From positions 124,001-188,000 of the forward strand of contig OZ025693.1 of the NCBI GenBank assembly GCA_964019335.1: 64,000 nucleotides of DNA, written 5' to 3'. Shown here piece after piece: positions 1-11,670 of this stretch. Position numbers and translations under genes: made by a program. The notes under the pieces are model-generated. The model was not told the DNA's origin. It did no database searches and worked only from the letters and a program-made list of their open reading frames with translations. This stretch comes from Diplonema japonicum. Its lineage: Eukaryota; Protista; Euglenozoa: Diplonemea. Numbering within the stretch: the first letter of the stretch is position 1; every line of letters starts with the position of its first letter.

Positions 1-48
1 TTTTTTCTTCTCATTTTTTTTTTTTTTTTTTTAAATGTCGGAAGGCAC

Positions 49-606
49 CTATTTCCCCTTCATCTGGATCATGACGTTCTTGAACTCCTCGAAGCTGATC
101 TCACCGTCACGGTCCTCGTCGGCCTCAGCGATCATCTCCTGAAGCACATCGTCACCAGGGTTCTCGCCGAGGAGCTTTGCAACCTGTGGGTAAATGTTGT
201 TGTTGTCACTGTTGTATCAATGTCACCACACCTCCTTCAGGTTGGCGAACGAGATCTTGCCAGTCTTGTCCATGTCGAAGAGCTGGAAGGCCTTGAAGAT
301 CTCCTCCGGGGAGTCCTTCTGGGCCATCTTCGCCTGTTGTTGTGTGTTGGTGTAAAGATAAAAGAATTTCAAAAAAAAAAAAAAAATGCAAACCTTCATC
401 ATCTTCTCGAACTCGGGGTACTCGATCAGCCCGTTGGCGTCGGTGTCGATGGAGCGGATCATCTTCTCGATCTCCTCCCTGGGCTGGTCCCCGAACCCGA
501 GACCCTTCATCGCGAGGGCCATCTCCTCGGCGTCGATCGCACCGGAGCCATCCGCGTCGAAGAGGTTGAACGCCTCCTTAATCTGCTCGTCGGTGAGGGC
601 GGCCAT
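49..606 (-). CDS. Centrin (kinetoplastid Centrin4/LdCen1-like EF-hand protein), 2 introns
   Basis: [29 protein letters not shown]...; removing GT-AG introns at about 334-393 and 185-232 restores ...[41 protein letters not shown]. Confidence 0.95.
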
Positions 607-848
607 TTTTAGTGTTTAAAAAAAGTCGAAGGTAGTAAAGCTGCACGGCAAGCTACCCCCCCGCCAAAGCGACACACAAAATCGAAAATAGAATACAAGG
701 AAAAAGAAAACTGATACACAAGAAGGAGAATAGGGAGGAGAGGGGAGAGGGTTTTTGCTACAAGTGACTCTCTACAATAATTAAATTGCATTGGCCCACG
801 GTTTATACCATAGGGACTGTCTGTAAATCATCTTTTTTTTCTTCTTCT

Positions 849-2929
849 TTATCGGTCCCAAATCCGCTCCCTTGGTACGGAGCCCCTTGATTTGTAAGGA
901 CTGGTTACAGAACAGGGCAGGGCAAGAGTTTCTTCATGTGGCGTACGGCGCAGATCGGAAAGAGGGTGAAGCTGAGGAGAAGGGTCGGTGAACTGAAGGC
1001 GTGGGACAAAAGTGCCAGGGTCCTCGAGACCCACACCAGGGATGAGGGGGCGATAAATCAAGGGCTGTGCATATTTTTTTGCCTTGTGTTTTATTTCAAG
1101 CATACCTGCCCGTCATTGCGCCGTTTGAGCAAGTCGGTTCGTCTGGCAGCCTCCATTCGCCTCATGGTGCTTGCCTCCATAGACTCTTCATCGTAGATGC
1201 CGTACTTGTCCCTTGCGTCTTCTATAGTGGTGTCCTCTCTGGCTGCCTTCATCCTGTACTCAGTGTTCAGCTCCCTCACACGTTCGTCTTGTGACAACAA
1301 TGTCCTCTCATTAAAGCTCTCCTCCTTCTTCTGCGGTACGGGCGGGGCAGGGGCCGGTAGTGAAAAGGAGCTCAGCCCTGTGTCTGTCTCCCGCCGTGGG
1401 GGTACCCCACGTATCCTCTCCTCGATCATCGACTGCAGCACTGCCGTCTCCGTCTCATCAAACGGCAGCACCGCTGTACTGTGCTGTGGCGTAGCTTGCG
1501 TGTTGCTCCGCTCGCTGTACACATTTAGTGCGGGGGACGGAGCTGCCGGAGGAAGCGGTAGGTGCGGGTACGCTACACTGTTGTACTGCGTAGGCGGCAC
1601 GCTGTACGCAGGTGGCGGTGATATGACCTGCCGGGACATTATGTTGTCCTCGCGGTTCCTCAGCAAGGCGGGCTGTGCTTCTAAAAGGCCCGAGTCTTTC
1701 AGACTGAACCCCCCCGAGACCTCCCTCCCGTCTGCTGTGAGCAACACCTGGTCGTGGATCGGTACACCGGAAGCCTGTGCCAACAAGGTTTTTATTTTAG
1801 TTATGGTGGCTGTGAGCCTGATGTTGGGGAATCTGTATTCCTTGCCGTCTATCTGTGACTTCACCTTCAGCATGGTGGTTGGCGGTTCGCTGGCGTTGAG
1901 AGGTGGCCTGTGCGGCTTACCTGTACTGGGGCAGTACGGGGCTGTGTCGTATGTCCCGCCGCATGCATTGCACTCCCCTGCAGGGAGGGCGGCAGTCGTT
2001 CTGTTGACAATTTGGAGGACGATGCCATCGGTCAGCCCACAGTCGCCGACGGTGTCTGAGTGGGAGAGCATTCTGCCCAGCCACACCACGCCCACCATGT
2101 GCATGGGGACACCCCAAGTGTCATCAATGGTCCGGGCAATGCTTGCAATGGTGGCCGAAGTGCTGAGGACCATCGGGAGCCGCTGGCCGCCGACGCCTTC
2201 AACGACAAGGTGCACAGAGCGGTTCCCCTCTGAGGAGGACGGGACCCTGGACACTATCCTCTCAGTGTCAATGCATTCCAAGGAACACGTATGTGTGATG
2301 CCTGCGTCTGCCAGCTTGTCGTTGGGGGCAAGCTCAAGGTACTCGTTGTCGCGCTTGAAGCGCAATGACCTCCCTTCCTTCCCGCTGTTGTTCTCGACGA
2401 GCTCCTTGAGCTTCGCGAAGGTTGTCTTGCGTGGGTTCAGCTTGAAGTTGATGTGCCCTCCTGACCTGAAGTTCACCGTGAGAACGATCCGATCCTGGCG
2501 GTCCGACGATGCCGGTGAGACAGGGCGTGCAGGGGCACGGTCCTCCTTCTTGGACCGTCCTCGCTCTTTGTTCTCGGATGCCTTTGTGTTTCCTTGTATT
2601 GGCTGAATTGGGGTCTTTGCGGCTGGTTGAGGTGTTTCATTCGCAGGGGGTGCAGCAACACGTGCTTTCGGGCTTCCGCCAGGCTTTCTTCCAACTACGG
2701 CCAGCAAGGCCTTCCCCTCAAGCGCCTCGGCTCGTAGTTTCTCGTCAACATACTTCCCATCGCACGTGAAGAAATAGTTCCCCATAGCCCAGTTTTGATC
2801 TGGGACCAGCTGCTTTAGGTTGGGCAGCATCTTTTCCTGCAGTTTCCCGATGGTGGTGGTTGGGGGCACCTTCACCTTAATGGAGTGCCCCGCTGAAGTG
2901 GTCACCCTCAGTTCCACCTTCGCCGACAT
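849..2929 (-). CDS. Protein with multiple ubiquitin-like domains, 1 intron near 3' end
   Basis: Several Ubl-like segments (VKVPPTTTIGKL; LVVEG...TIASI...GRML...TVGDCGL; TITKIKTLLAQASGVPIHDQVL); intron gtatgc..gcacag (about 1066-1106) joins ORF 1091-2938 to ORF 849-1103. Confidence 0.75.
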
Positions 2930-3033
2930 CCTCCCCAACCTGGGTGAAGAAACTGAAAAATAAGGAGGTAAACCACATTAAAAGTAAAAGGGGGAGAGGG
3001 GCATCTAACAACATCAAATTTAATTCTCTACAT

Positions 3034-3930
3034 CTACAGGGCTGCTTCGCAAGCTTCTAGGTGGTTGTTTACCAACGCTTGCAGCTCTTCTATTTTTTTC
3101 ACGTACATCACGATCTCGGAGTGGATCTGCCTGGCGGTGGAGGCATGGTGAGGGGAGGGCGCGTGGTGTGTTGCGGGTGCAGGCGCTCTAGAAGGCACCG
3201 CTGGCACCTCAGCCTGATGGAGGTACGCCTGATGAGCAGCGGGGGAAGGGACGGACCTAGGCGGCTCTGTGCTGTGGAAGACAGGAGTACTCGGCCTGTG
3301 GGCCAAAGTGTGCGTCTTCACAGGCTGCACAACAGGAGGGTTATCAATTGCAGATGACTGGGAGCTGTGGCTGGTTAGTGCTGAAAGACGTGCGAGGTGC
3401 TCCTGATACTTCAACACCTTGATTATTTATTTAAAATAAAAAAAAAACTTTCTTGTTCCTACCTCGTCGTCAGTTGAGGCTAGCACGGCACCTGGCGTGT
3501 CCACCCCTAGGTGGAAGTCTCTTTGCGTGTCAAATGCAGGTGCGACATCGACAGAGGACTCCACTTTAACTGGCCGTTGCGTGCTTTGTGTCGTGGGTGA
3601 TTCGGCCCCTAGTTGCTGTGGGTGTTTTTTTCTTTTTTTCTTTTTTCCCTCAAACCTTTGAAAGCAGTGCTGTTGTGTGTGCTCTTAAGTGTGCCTCGTT
3701 CGTAGGCGTTAATGTCGTTTGCCCAGGTGCTGCTTCTTTTAAAAACTCCTTAGTCACCGAGCTGCAAACCTTCACAAATTGTTCCCTGGTGATGACACCT
3801 AGGTTATACGGCTGTTGCAACTCGCCTTTCACGCATGAGATAACCGCCTGTTTTTTTTTCTTTTTTTTTTTGGTTGGTGGATTACCTGCCGTAGCACGTT
3901 ATTTGCCATTTTTGGCGACCCCTCATCCAT
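3034..3930 (-). CDS. Protein with N-terminal SRI-like (Set2-Rpb1-interacting/PHRF1-type) helical domain, 3 introns
   Basis: Spliced MDEGSPKMANNVLRQ|AVISCVKGELQQPYNLGVITREQFVKVCSSVTKEFLK...; three GT-AG introns join the track ORFs in frame. Domain call from motif resemblance only. Confidence 0.65.
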
Positions 3931-4790
3931 GCTGACGCCCGCCTCTCAACCTCTCTCCCTCCTGATTGTTGACTTTGTATAGCTTGTGATTCTAATATTA
4001 AGGAAAAAAAGAAAAAAAAAAAAAAAAAAGAGACATTTAAAAAAAAAGGAAAAGGAGAGAACAAAAAAAAAAAGGGGTGGTGTATACTCTTTTTTTTTCT
4101 TCCAGAATCCTGCTTATTTCAAACCCCAATAAAAAAGTCTTTTTCGTATTGTGGCGCCCTTGAAAGTTATGACACCCTCTTACCCCAATTGTGAGCTCTT
4201 GCCCCTTTTTTTTGGCAGGGGGGGAAAAAAAAAGAGAGGAATGTAATAAGGAAGAAAAAAAAAACAAAACAAACGGAGACAAAGGCGCTGTGGTCGCTTC
4301 AGCGTGTCCCATGAGTTTCTTTTTTTTTTTCCCCCCCGGTTCTTTTCATAAAATGACTCTCAATAAAAAAACGAGGGAAAAAAAAAAAACGCTAATTTTC
4401 TTTTTTTTTTTTTGAACTCTTTGAAGTTTTTGTATACGCGCGAAAAAAAAAAAAAAGGAGCTATGGGGGGTTATTTCTTTTTTTTTTCGGCAACAATAAA
4501 AAAAAACAAAAAATCAGCGCGAATCATTTTTTTTTTCCCCCTTTCTTTTTCTCTTTTGAAGAAAAAAAAATATAAATTTCTACTTGAGGGGTGTATTATA
4601 ATACATCAATAATCAAAAAAAAAAAAAAAAAATAATTCTTTTATGACTAAATGTCTTTGTTGTTCGCACGAGCAAAGAAAAAAAAGGAAAAAAAAAGCTC
4701 GGCACAGGGTTTGCAAAATAGTTATAAAATCATTTTTTCTTTTTTCTTTTTTGAAAGATAAATACCCTTTCATACAGCCGCTCCTCCTAG

Positions 4791-6064
4791 TCAATCACGC
4801 CTAGACTTGCTGCGCGACTCGTCTCGTCCCCACCAAGCTACTGCCAAGGCAACAGCAAGAATGGAAATGGACATAACAGGGCGTGCGAAGCACCACGATG
4901 AAGCAATAACAATAAAAGTAATAGAGATAGACGAGGCGAAGAGCAACGCACCCGTGAAGAACCGGGCAATACCGCTGATAAAGGGGAGAGGGATGAGATC
5001 GACAACAGTGTTGATAGGGTTTATGCACAACGCCAGCCCTGCCCAGACAAGCACGAACCCTGCCACACGGCAGAACCAGGTGAAAATTGTATTCATCAAA
5101 ATCGCATTTTTGATCATTGTGTCTGGAGACACAGAGCCAGCCTCCGCCAAGGGGAGAACGGAGCTTTTCGCGTCACCTGTCACCAAACCGTCCTTCTGCG
5201 CAATGCCTATCACACTCGCTGTTTCACCATCACCGAAAGCAGAGTAATAAACCCTTGTATCACCGACAATTGGGTTTCTTTCATCATGCCCGAGGTAAAC
5301 GTAGTCGTTCGTAACGCTCACGTCCCCCTTTACCATGGTCCCGTCCAGATGGATTCGGTGCTTCGGCAGCTTCTCCACCACCGAGTAGTCCAGCATCAAT
5401 TGCCCCAAATGAGGGTTCTCTGCTTTAAGATGTGCGTCCTTCATCTTTCGAGGGTTTATGTGGTTTTCAGGGAGCTTGAAATGCCTTTGTGTGGTTTTGG
5501 TTTTTTTTGGGTTATCGTACATACATTGAGTTGACTTCTGTGCTGCTCCATTGTGGATAGTACTCGTAGTGGACTACCTTTTCAGAGGGACCTGCAATCC
5601 TTTTGTGGTTCGTCGATTCTTTGCGTTCCTGTTGGTAAGAATTTTTTTTTTAAAAAAAAAGAATTAAAGGTTTTATTTTATACCACCCATTGGAACATTT
5701 CGCTTGATCGTGAAAGGGATACGGCTTTAGTTGTCATGGTGAAGGGGCCGGTGTTGTCGGAAAGAATTGAGCCCTCGACAGGGCCTGTGATGTGGATGGC
5801 TCTGCCCTCGTGTTCTCCGGGGGCAGGGAGGCTTTCGCCGAGGGGGACCACCACTTCTTTGAGGTAGTCCAGCTCCTGCTGGATGGTGACCGTGCTCTGC
5901 TCGTTGTACCAGAGCAGGCCACAGGCGCCTAAAAACAAAAAGAACCCGAAGACCGCGCCACACAGGCTCCCGCACACTCCTTGCGCAGCACCACCAACAC
6001 CGCCTCCGAACCCGCCTTGGTGCACTTCCGTGAGGGAGTGCGCACCAGTTTGGTATTTCATCAT
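4791..6064 (-). CDS. TMEM43: TMEM43/LUMA family membrane protein, 2 introns
   Basis: N-terminal TM + LLWYNE, SEMFQWV|E, YLGHDERNPIVGDTRVYY, C-terminal TMs with WFCRVAG and WCFARP. Confidence 0.85.
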
Positions 6065-6435
6065 TTTCTTTTTGTACCCCACTCTTTTTAGGATGCATAT
6101 GTATTTCGAAAAAAAAAAAGAAAAAAAAAACCAGGTAGTGACAACAATAAGCAAAAAAAGAAAGAAATAGGGGAGATAATCATAATAATAATAAAAAAAA
6201 AAACTAGGCGGCAGGGTGGGGTTAAAAAAAAAAAGAAGAAAAGAGGGATGAAAAAAAAAAAAGAGAGGGGAGAGGGGAGAAAATTTAACTTTCTTTTTTC
6301 TCCTCTTTCCCTCCCTTTCTCCCCCTTTTTTCGTTTCTTAAAAAAAAAAAAAATAATTCTAAATAAAAGAAAGAAAAAAAAAAACAACGAAAATATAAAC
6401 TTCAACACCAAAAAAATAAAAATATTTTGTTCTAC

Positions 6436-6470
<35 letters not shown>

Positions 6471-6523
6471 CACACCCGCCCAAAGAAAACTCCAAATAAT
6501 AAAGAATAAAAACACATCTATTT

Positions 6524-9500
6524 CTAATATTCTCCCGGCTCAAAATGAGAAGGGGGCGGAACTGGTGCAGTTGTTGCTGTGTTATATCCACCAGCATCTA
6601 ATTCTCCCACCACATCTGGGTGGTAGGACGAAACGTGCTGCGCATGAGAGGCAGTAGGGTGGGCGAGAGGCTCGGGAGTTGCACCATTATCTTCCATCAT
6701 CCAAGAGAGATGCCCCGGAGAAGGGTCAGTGTGCTTTACAGGGTGACTATATGTATTCTCAACAGGTTGGGGAGCAAACATCTGATCGATAGGGTTGCCT
6801 GTCCCAGCTTCCTTAAGAGGATTCTCAGACTCCGGGTAAACACTGCCTGACCCGTCTTGTTGCCGCTGCCTTGTATCAAGATCCGGGTCCGAAAACCTCT
6901 CAACTTCTTTTGTCTCCTTTTCGTTCGATGGAAGGCTGTCGTTTGTTTTTTCTTCTCCCTCCTTCTTCTCACCCTTCTTCCCCATCTTCCCCATGAAGAC
7001 CGCAAGTATCGCAAGAATTATCAAACAACACACGATTAGTATCAATGGGATAATGAGTAGGAGCCACATTGGGTCGAAATCATCTCCGCCGCCTCCTGAC
7101 GGTGGAGACGGTGAGTTTGCAGGTGCGCTCCCATCTGTCCTTACAGAAAAGGATGAGACGGCAGGGTCGGAAGGGTACTCTACCACCAACACACATGCAG
7201 GGCAGTCTTGTGTCATTGTCAGCCCGAACGTTGCCCGGCCTTCGGAGAGAGACTTCGTGATTAACGTCCCTGTCACGGTTTGTTCCGTTGTCTGCAGCGC
7301 GAAGACACCCTTGTTCACGACCCTCCCGTTGACCATCTCACCCAAGTACACGCTCACTTGGTTGCCGTCGTCAAGGTTAACGTTGTTGTTCGCATCGGAG
7401 GCATAGACGCTTAGCTGGAACGGGACGTTTCTTGTCACCTGTGTCACGCCCAGCAGGTTGGCCTTGACCGATGTCGTACTCGTTGTGACCTTGACGGGCC
7501 CGACAGTGATGCCGGATAGCCTCCCGGCAGTGTCTTTGACTTCTATGACACATGCTGCGCATGATTTTGAAAACGCCAGCGAGTATTCCTTCACGCCGGC
7601 CACGAACTTTGAAGACAGCAGTTGCTGTCCTGCGTCCGTCAAGATCCCGCCGTCGCCGTTGCCTCCGTTCGGGAGCAGCGAAACCGAGACAAGGTTTTGC
7701 CATGTTTCGTCCGTGTTCCCCAGGCTGTCCACAACACGAAGCGACAAGGGGAACCGGACACCAACTGGAATGCTGGAGATTTGCGAGTTGTCAGCCACCA
7801 TGCGTGTGCCCTCCGTCGTGATCTTGAACGGTGGTGTGTTTGTACCCGTCACGCCTGATGCTGCAAACGACACAACACACGCCGAGCAGGCCTCACTGAA
7901 TCCCAACTCAAAGACAACCCTCCCGTTTACCACCTTCTGCGACAGAGCCTTCCCCGTCACCTCCCGCATGTTACCGCCATGCCCGTTCCCCCCATTGGGC
8001 TTCAGCGACGCTGTGATGGACGTGGACGACCCCGTTGCAATGAACCCGCTCCCGTCCAGCACATCCACCGTCATCTGTGTTGTGTGTTGTGTTGTCGATG
8101 TGATAGCGTAGGTGCATACCGTGAGCGTCTCCGTGACGGCGAGTGTGTACTGCACAGAGTTGCTGGATGCGGACGCCCAGCCAGGGTCGCTGATGCCCAG
8201 CCTCGTCCCCTTTATGATTTGGTGAAGTTTTCTTTTAACTTATAGATACCTGTCCAGAGACAACGATGGGGTCAGATGTAAGGTCGGGAAGTGCCGTCTC
8301 CACTGAGTTGAACTGCAGACGGCATGAGCTGCAAGCTTCTGTGAAGGAGGGGCGGAACGTTGCCTTCCCCTTGATGGATGTGACCTGCAGGTTGGTTGAC
8401 TGGTCGTTTAGTAGGGTCCCCCCGTTGCCGTTGTTCCCACCAGCCACGAGGCGCATGGAGATAAAGCCGCGTTCTGTGTAGTCGGCGTTGCCAAGCTCGT
8501 CGACGGCTTGCAGAGTGGTTGTGAAGACTTCGTTGGGGGCGATGGTCGTGGGTGGGGAGGCAAGGAACTTAAACCTGACGGCGGTGGTGGTTACCTGAAT
8601 GGGCTGCGTCTCTAAAACAGGAAAGCTAGGGTTAGAGTGTCTGAATAGCAGCCGGCACGCGGTGCACGACCTGTCAAACGTCGGCGTGAAGGTCATCTCC
8701 CCGTTCACAAGCTGTCGTTCCTTGCTGGACGGCCCGTTGCTCAGAACGCCGCCGTCGCCGTTCCCCCCGCCGGCCTTCAACGTCATCCCCACGAACCCCG
8801 TGTCCGACCTGTCGATGTCGCCGTTCGCGTCGACAGCAGCAATGCGCACATTAGTCGCCACGTCGCGTTGCGTCTGCAGTGTGTTGGCAAGGCGCTGTTC
8901 ATACCTGTGTGTTGAAGACACCCACAACACCCAACATCACCGCTTGCGTGGTGACACGAATAGGCGGTGTCAGGATGGACATCAGCACCGGGCTGTCAAG
9001 ATCAGCTATCTTGATCACACAAGCATCGCACGCTCTTGTAAAGGACAGCACGAACGTGGCGTTACCTGTTGCAGGAAGTTATTTTTACTACGCAAACCAG
9101 ACATACCAGCTACGAGGTTCCTTGTTAGGTACGTGTCTTGGGCCTTGAGGTCGCCCCCGTTCCCATTCCCACCGCCGTCCTCGACGGTCAGCGTGACTCG
9201 GGATGTGTCGGTGACGTCAACGTTCCCGCTGGAGTCGATGGCGCCGATGGTGAGAGCGAACAGTTCCTTGACCTTGACGGTGGAGGGAGCGTTGGAGGTT
9301 ACCTTTAGCTGCAGGGCTTGTGTTGTTACACTGATGGCCGGGAGGTTCAGCAACCCCAAGCCGCCAGAGGTGTCGGTCGCAGTGATGACGCATGAAGTGC
9401 ATGCCTCGGAGAATGCGATAGCGTAACTCACTCTCCCGTTCACCATGGGCTGCGCCAGAGAGGCACCCCCTCTGTTGATGAGCACACCGCCTGCGCCATT

Positions 9501-11219
9501 GCCCCCGCCGATGCTTGTGAGCGACAGGACCACCGTGCCCGAGATGGTCGGGACGAGGTCGCCGTTGACGTCGACGGCATTGATGACAACATCAAAGACC
9601 TCACCCTTGCGGACCTGCAGGGGGATCGCCTGGGCCAAGGCCATCCTGTTCGCGGTGCCTGCTGCTTGGATAGGCCCCAGTAAGAATCGAGTGAGCGTTC
9701 TAGTTGCGGACACATCTTCAAAGGCCAGCGAGCATCCTAAACACGACCGTGACAGCACCAAACCCCACGTCGCCTGCCCGTTGCTGAAGGTCTGTTGTAA
9801 TGAAGACCCGGAGGAAGCAGACAGCACAGCCCCTGTGGTGGACCCTTCGAGCCCGACGCGCACGCTGTTCGTGGCAGACCTGTCGATGTTCCCATCGTTG
9901 TCGACTACCTGCAGCGTCACCTGGAAGGGCACACCAGGCGCCACACCAACAAGCGATGTTACTGAGATCATCCTCGAGCCCACAGCATTCACACGAACGG
10001 CGGGCATCACAAGCGGCGTCAAGCGGTTGACTAAAGGGTTGCTGGTGTCAAGGTCTCGTATCACAAGCACACAAGCATCGCAGGCAGACCCGAAGGTCAC
10101 CCGCACTGTGGCCAACCCGTTCACCATCTGCGTGGGGTTCGGGATCACTGTGATAGGACCGCCACCACCGTTGCCGCCGCCAGGATTGAGCTCGACAAGC
10201 AGGTCGGTGTTAACATTGGGGTCTACCTGGTCGTTCTGTTCGAAACGTGCCTCGACGTTGATCAGAAGGGGGACACCCTTCTGAACGGTGGTGACGGTAG
10301 TAGGGCTGAACAGGTACTGTGCGGAGTATGCCACGCACTGGTTGGAGCCTGGCAGGGTGCATTGTTTGCAGCCTTCGATCCCTCCCGGACCCCACGCAGG
10401 GAGGCATTCGCACACGCACTGGTTAAGACTGTTTGTGTACACCCCGCCGTTGGCTTTGGCAGGGTCGTTTCGTCCGTTGCAGAAGGCAGCGGTACAGGGG
10501 AGGTTGCAGTTCTGTCCGCTCCATCCTGTGGAACAAGAGTTGAGGAGGCAGAAACCTTTGTCGGAGGCGATGTCACACTCTCCGTGGACGCATGTGCAGA
10601 CGCTCTTCCCGACGCAGAACGCGTAGTGTTCGAGAGTCCGTCCAGTACCTGCGACGGCCACGCTTGACTCGCAAGGAGGGGTGTCCATGTCGCAGTTCCC
10701 ACCCCACCATGTGCCGTCTACAGAATGGTCCACACCGTTACCGCAGAAGACAGATCCATGCTCGGGGGTGTTGATACGGCCGCAGGAATAACTTCCCCAG
10801 TTCCCGCCCATAGAAGCCCACAACGCACCGGATATGCCTCCCGTTAGCCGGGTCGCACAGTTGGGGTCCAGAGGAGAGCTGCATCCCATCTGAATGACGC
10901 TCGTCAGCATGGGTTGTTCGCACCCCAGCTCCGACGTTGCTTGGCACATAGCGTTTGAATAAAATCTGCATAAACTGTTGGCGCCCATGCATGGAGGGGC
11001 CTGCCCCAATGATGCCTGGTAACACGTGTTGTATATGACATCGTCTGTGACCCTCTGCTGGTTCCCCGCAGGCCACAGGTTCGGTTTTATCCGTACCCGA
11101 TAGAAGGACCACCCTCCGTGAGTTACTAAGAAACAATATTCGCCGGGGCACTTCGAGGTGAAGGGCGTCACTTGGTTGAAGGTGGCTGCCTGCACCGCCA
11201 GCAAGACCGCCGCCCACAT
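6524..11219 (-). CDS. Large type I surface protein: signal peptide, Cys-rich/EGF-like head, 9 Ig-like modules, TM, cytoplasmic tail; 4 introns
   Basis: Track ORFs 9015-11237, 8235-8930 and 6524-8155 join via short GT-AG introns; repeated DxxGN / GGNGxGG / FxxACxxC modules; TM WLLLIIPLILIVCCLIILAILAVF. Confidence 0.8.
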
Positions 11220-11670
11220 TTGCCCCACCAACCCCACCTGGGCTTTCTTGTTTGATTTTAATTATTGTGCTCAAAAAAATGCGGGAAAAAAAGAAAATGA
11301 AAAAAAAAAAAGAGTTCTCTTTCGTCAAGCAATATTCAAATATAAAGAAAAAAAAGGGGGGGGGGACGTAAAAAGTTGAAAGGAAAAAGAAAAATATATG
11401 AGTTAAAGGAAGTCTTTGTGAGACGCCCCCTTGTTCTCATCTTTCATATTCAAATATTGGAAAAAAAAAAAAAAATGTCGGAAGACAGGACACAGCTAGT
11501 TCGAAATACTACCAAAAAGGGATTAGAATTACCATGTTTCTTTTCTCCTTTTTCTTTCGTCTCTTTTTCCCTTGAGGGTTTTCGGCCCGTCAGTACTGAC
11601 CTACGTTCAAGGTAAAAGGAAAGCTCATCATTTTCCCTTTTTGGAGTATTATTTTTTTTAGTATATGGGT

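Noticed and set aside
1197-2606. Long + strand ORFs opposite genes (also 9445-10284, 35886-36920, 57506-58366)
   Set aside because: Antisense shadows of GC-rich minus-strand CDSs
6524-11237. Broken ORFs suggesting frameshifting, stop-codon reassignment or non-canonical introns
   Set aside because: All breaks I examined resolve with GT-AG introns; TAA, TAG and TGA all terminate conserved genes
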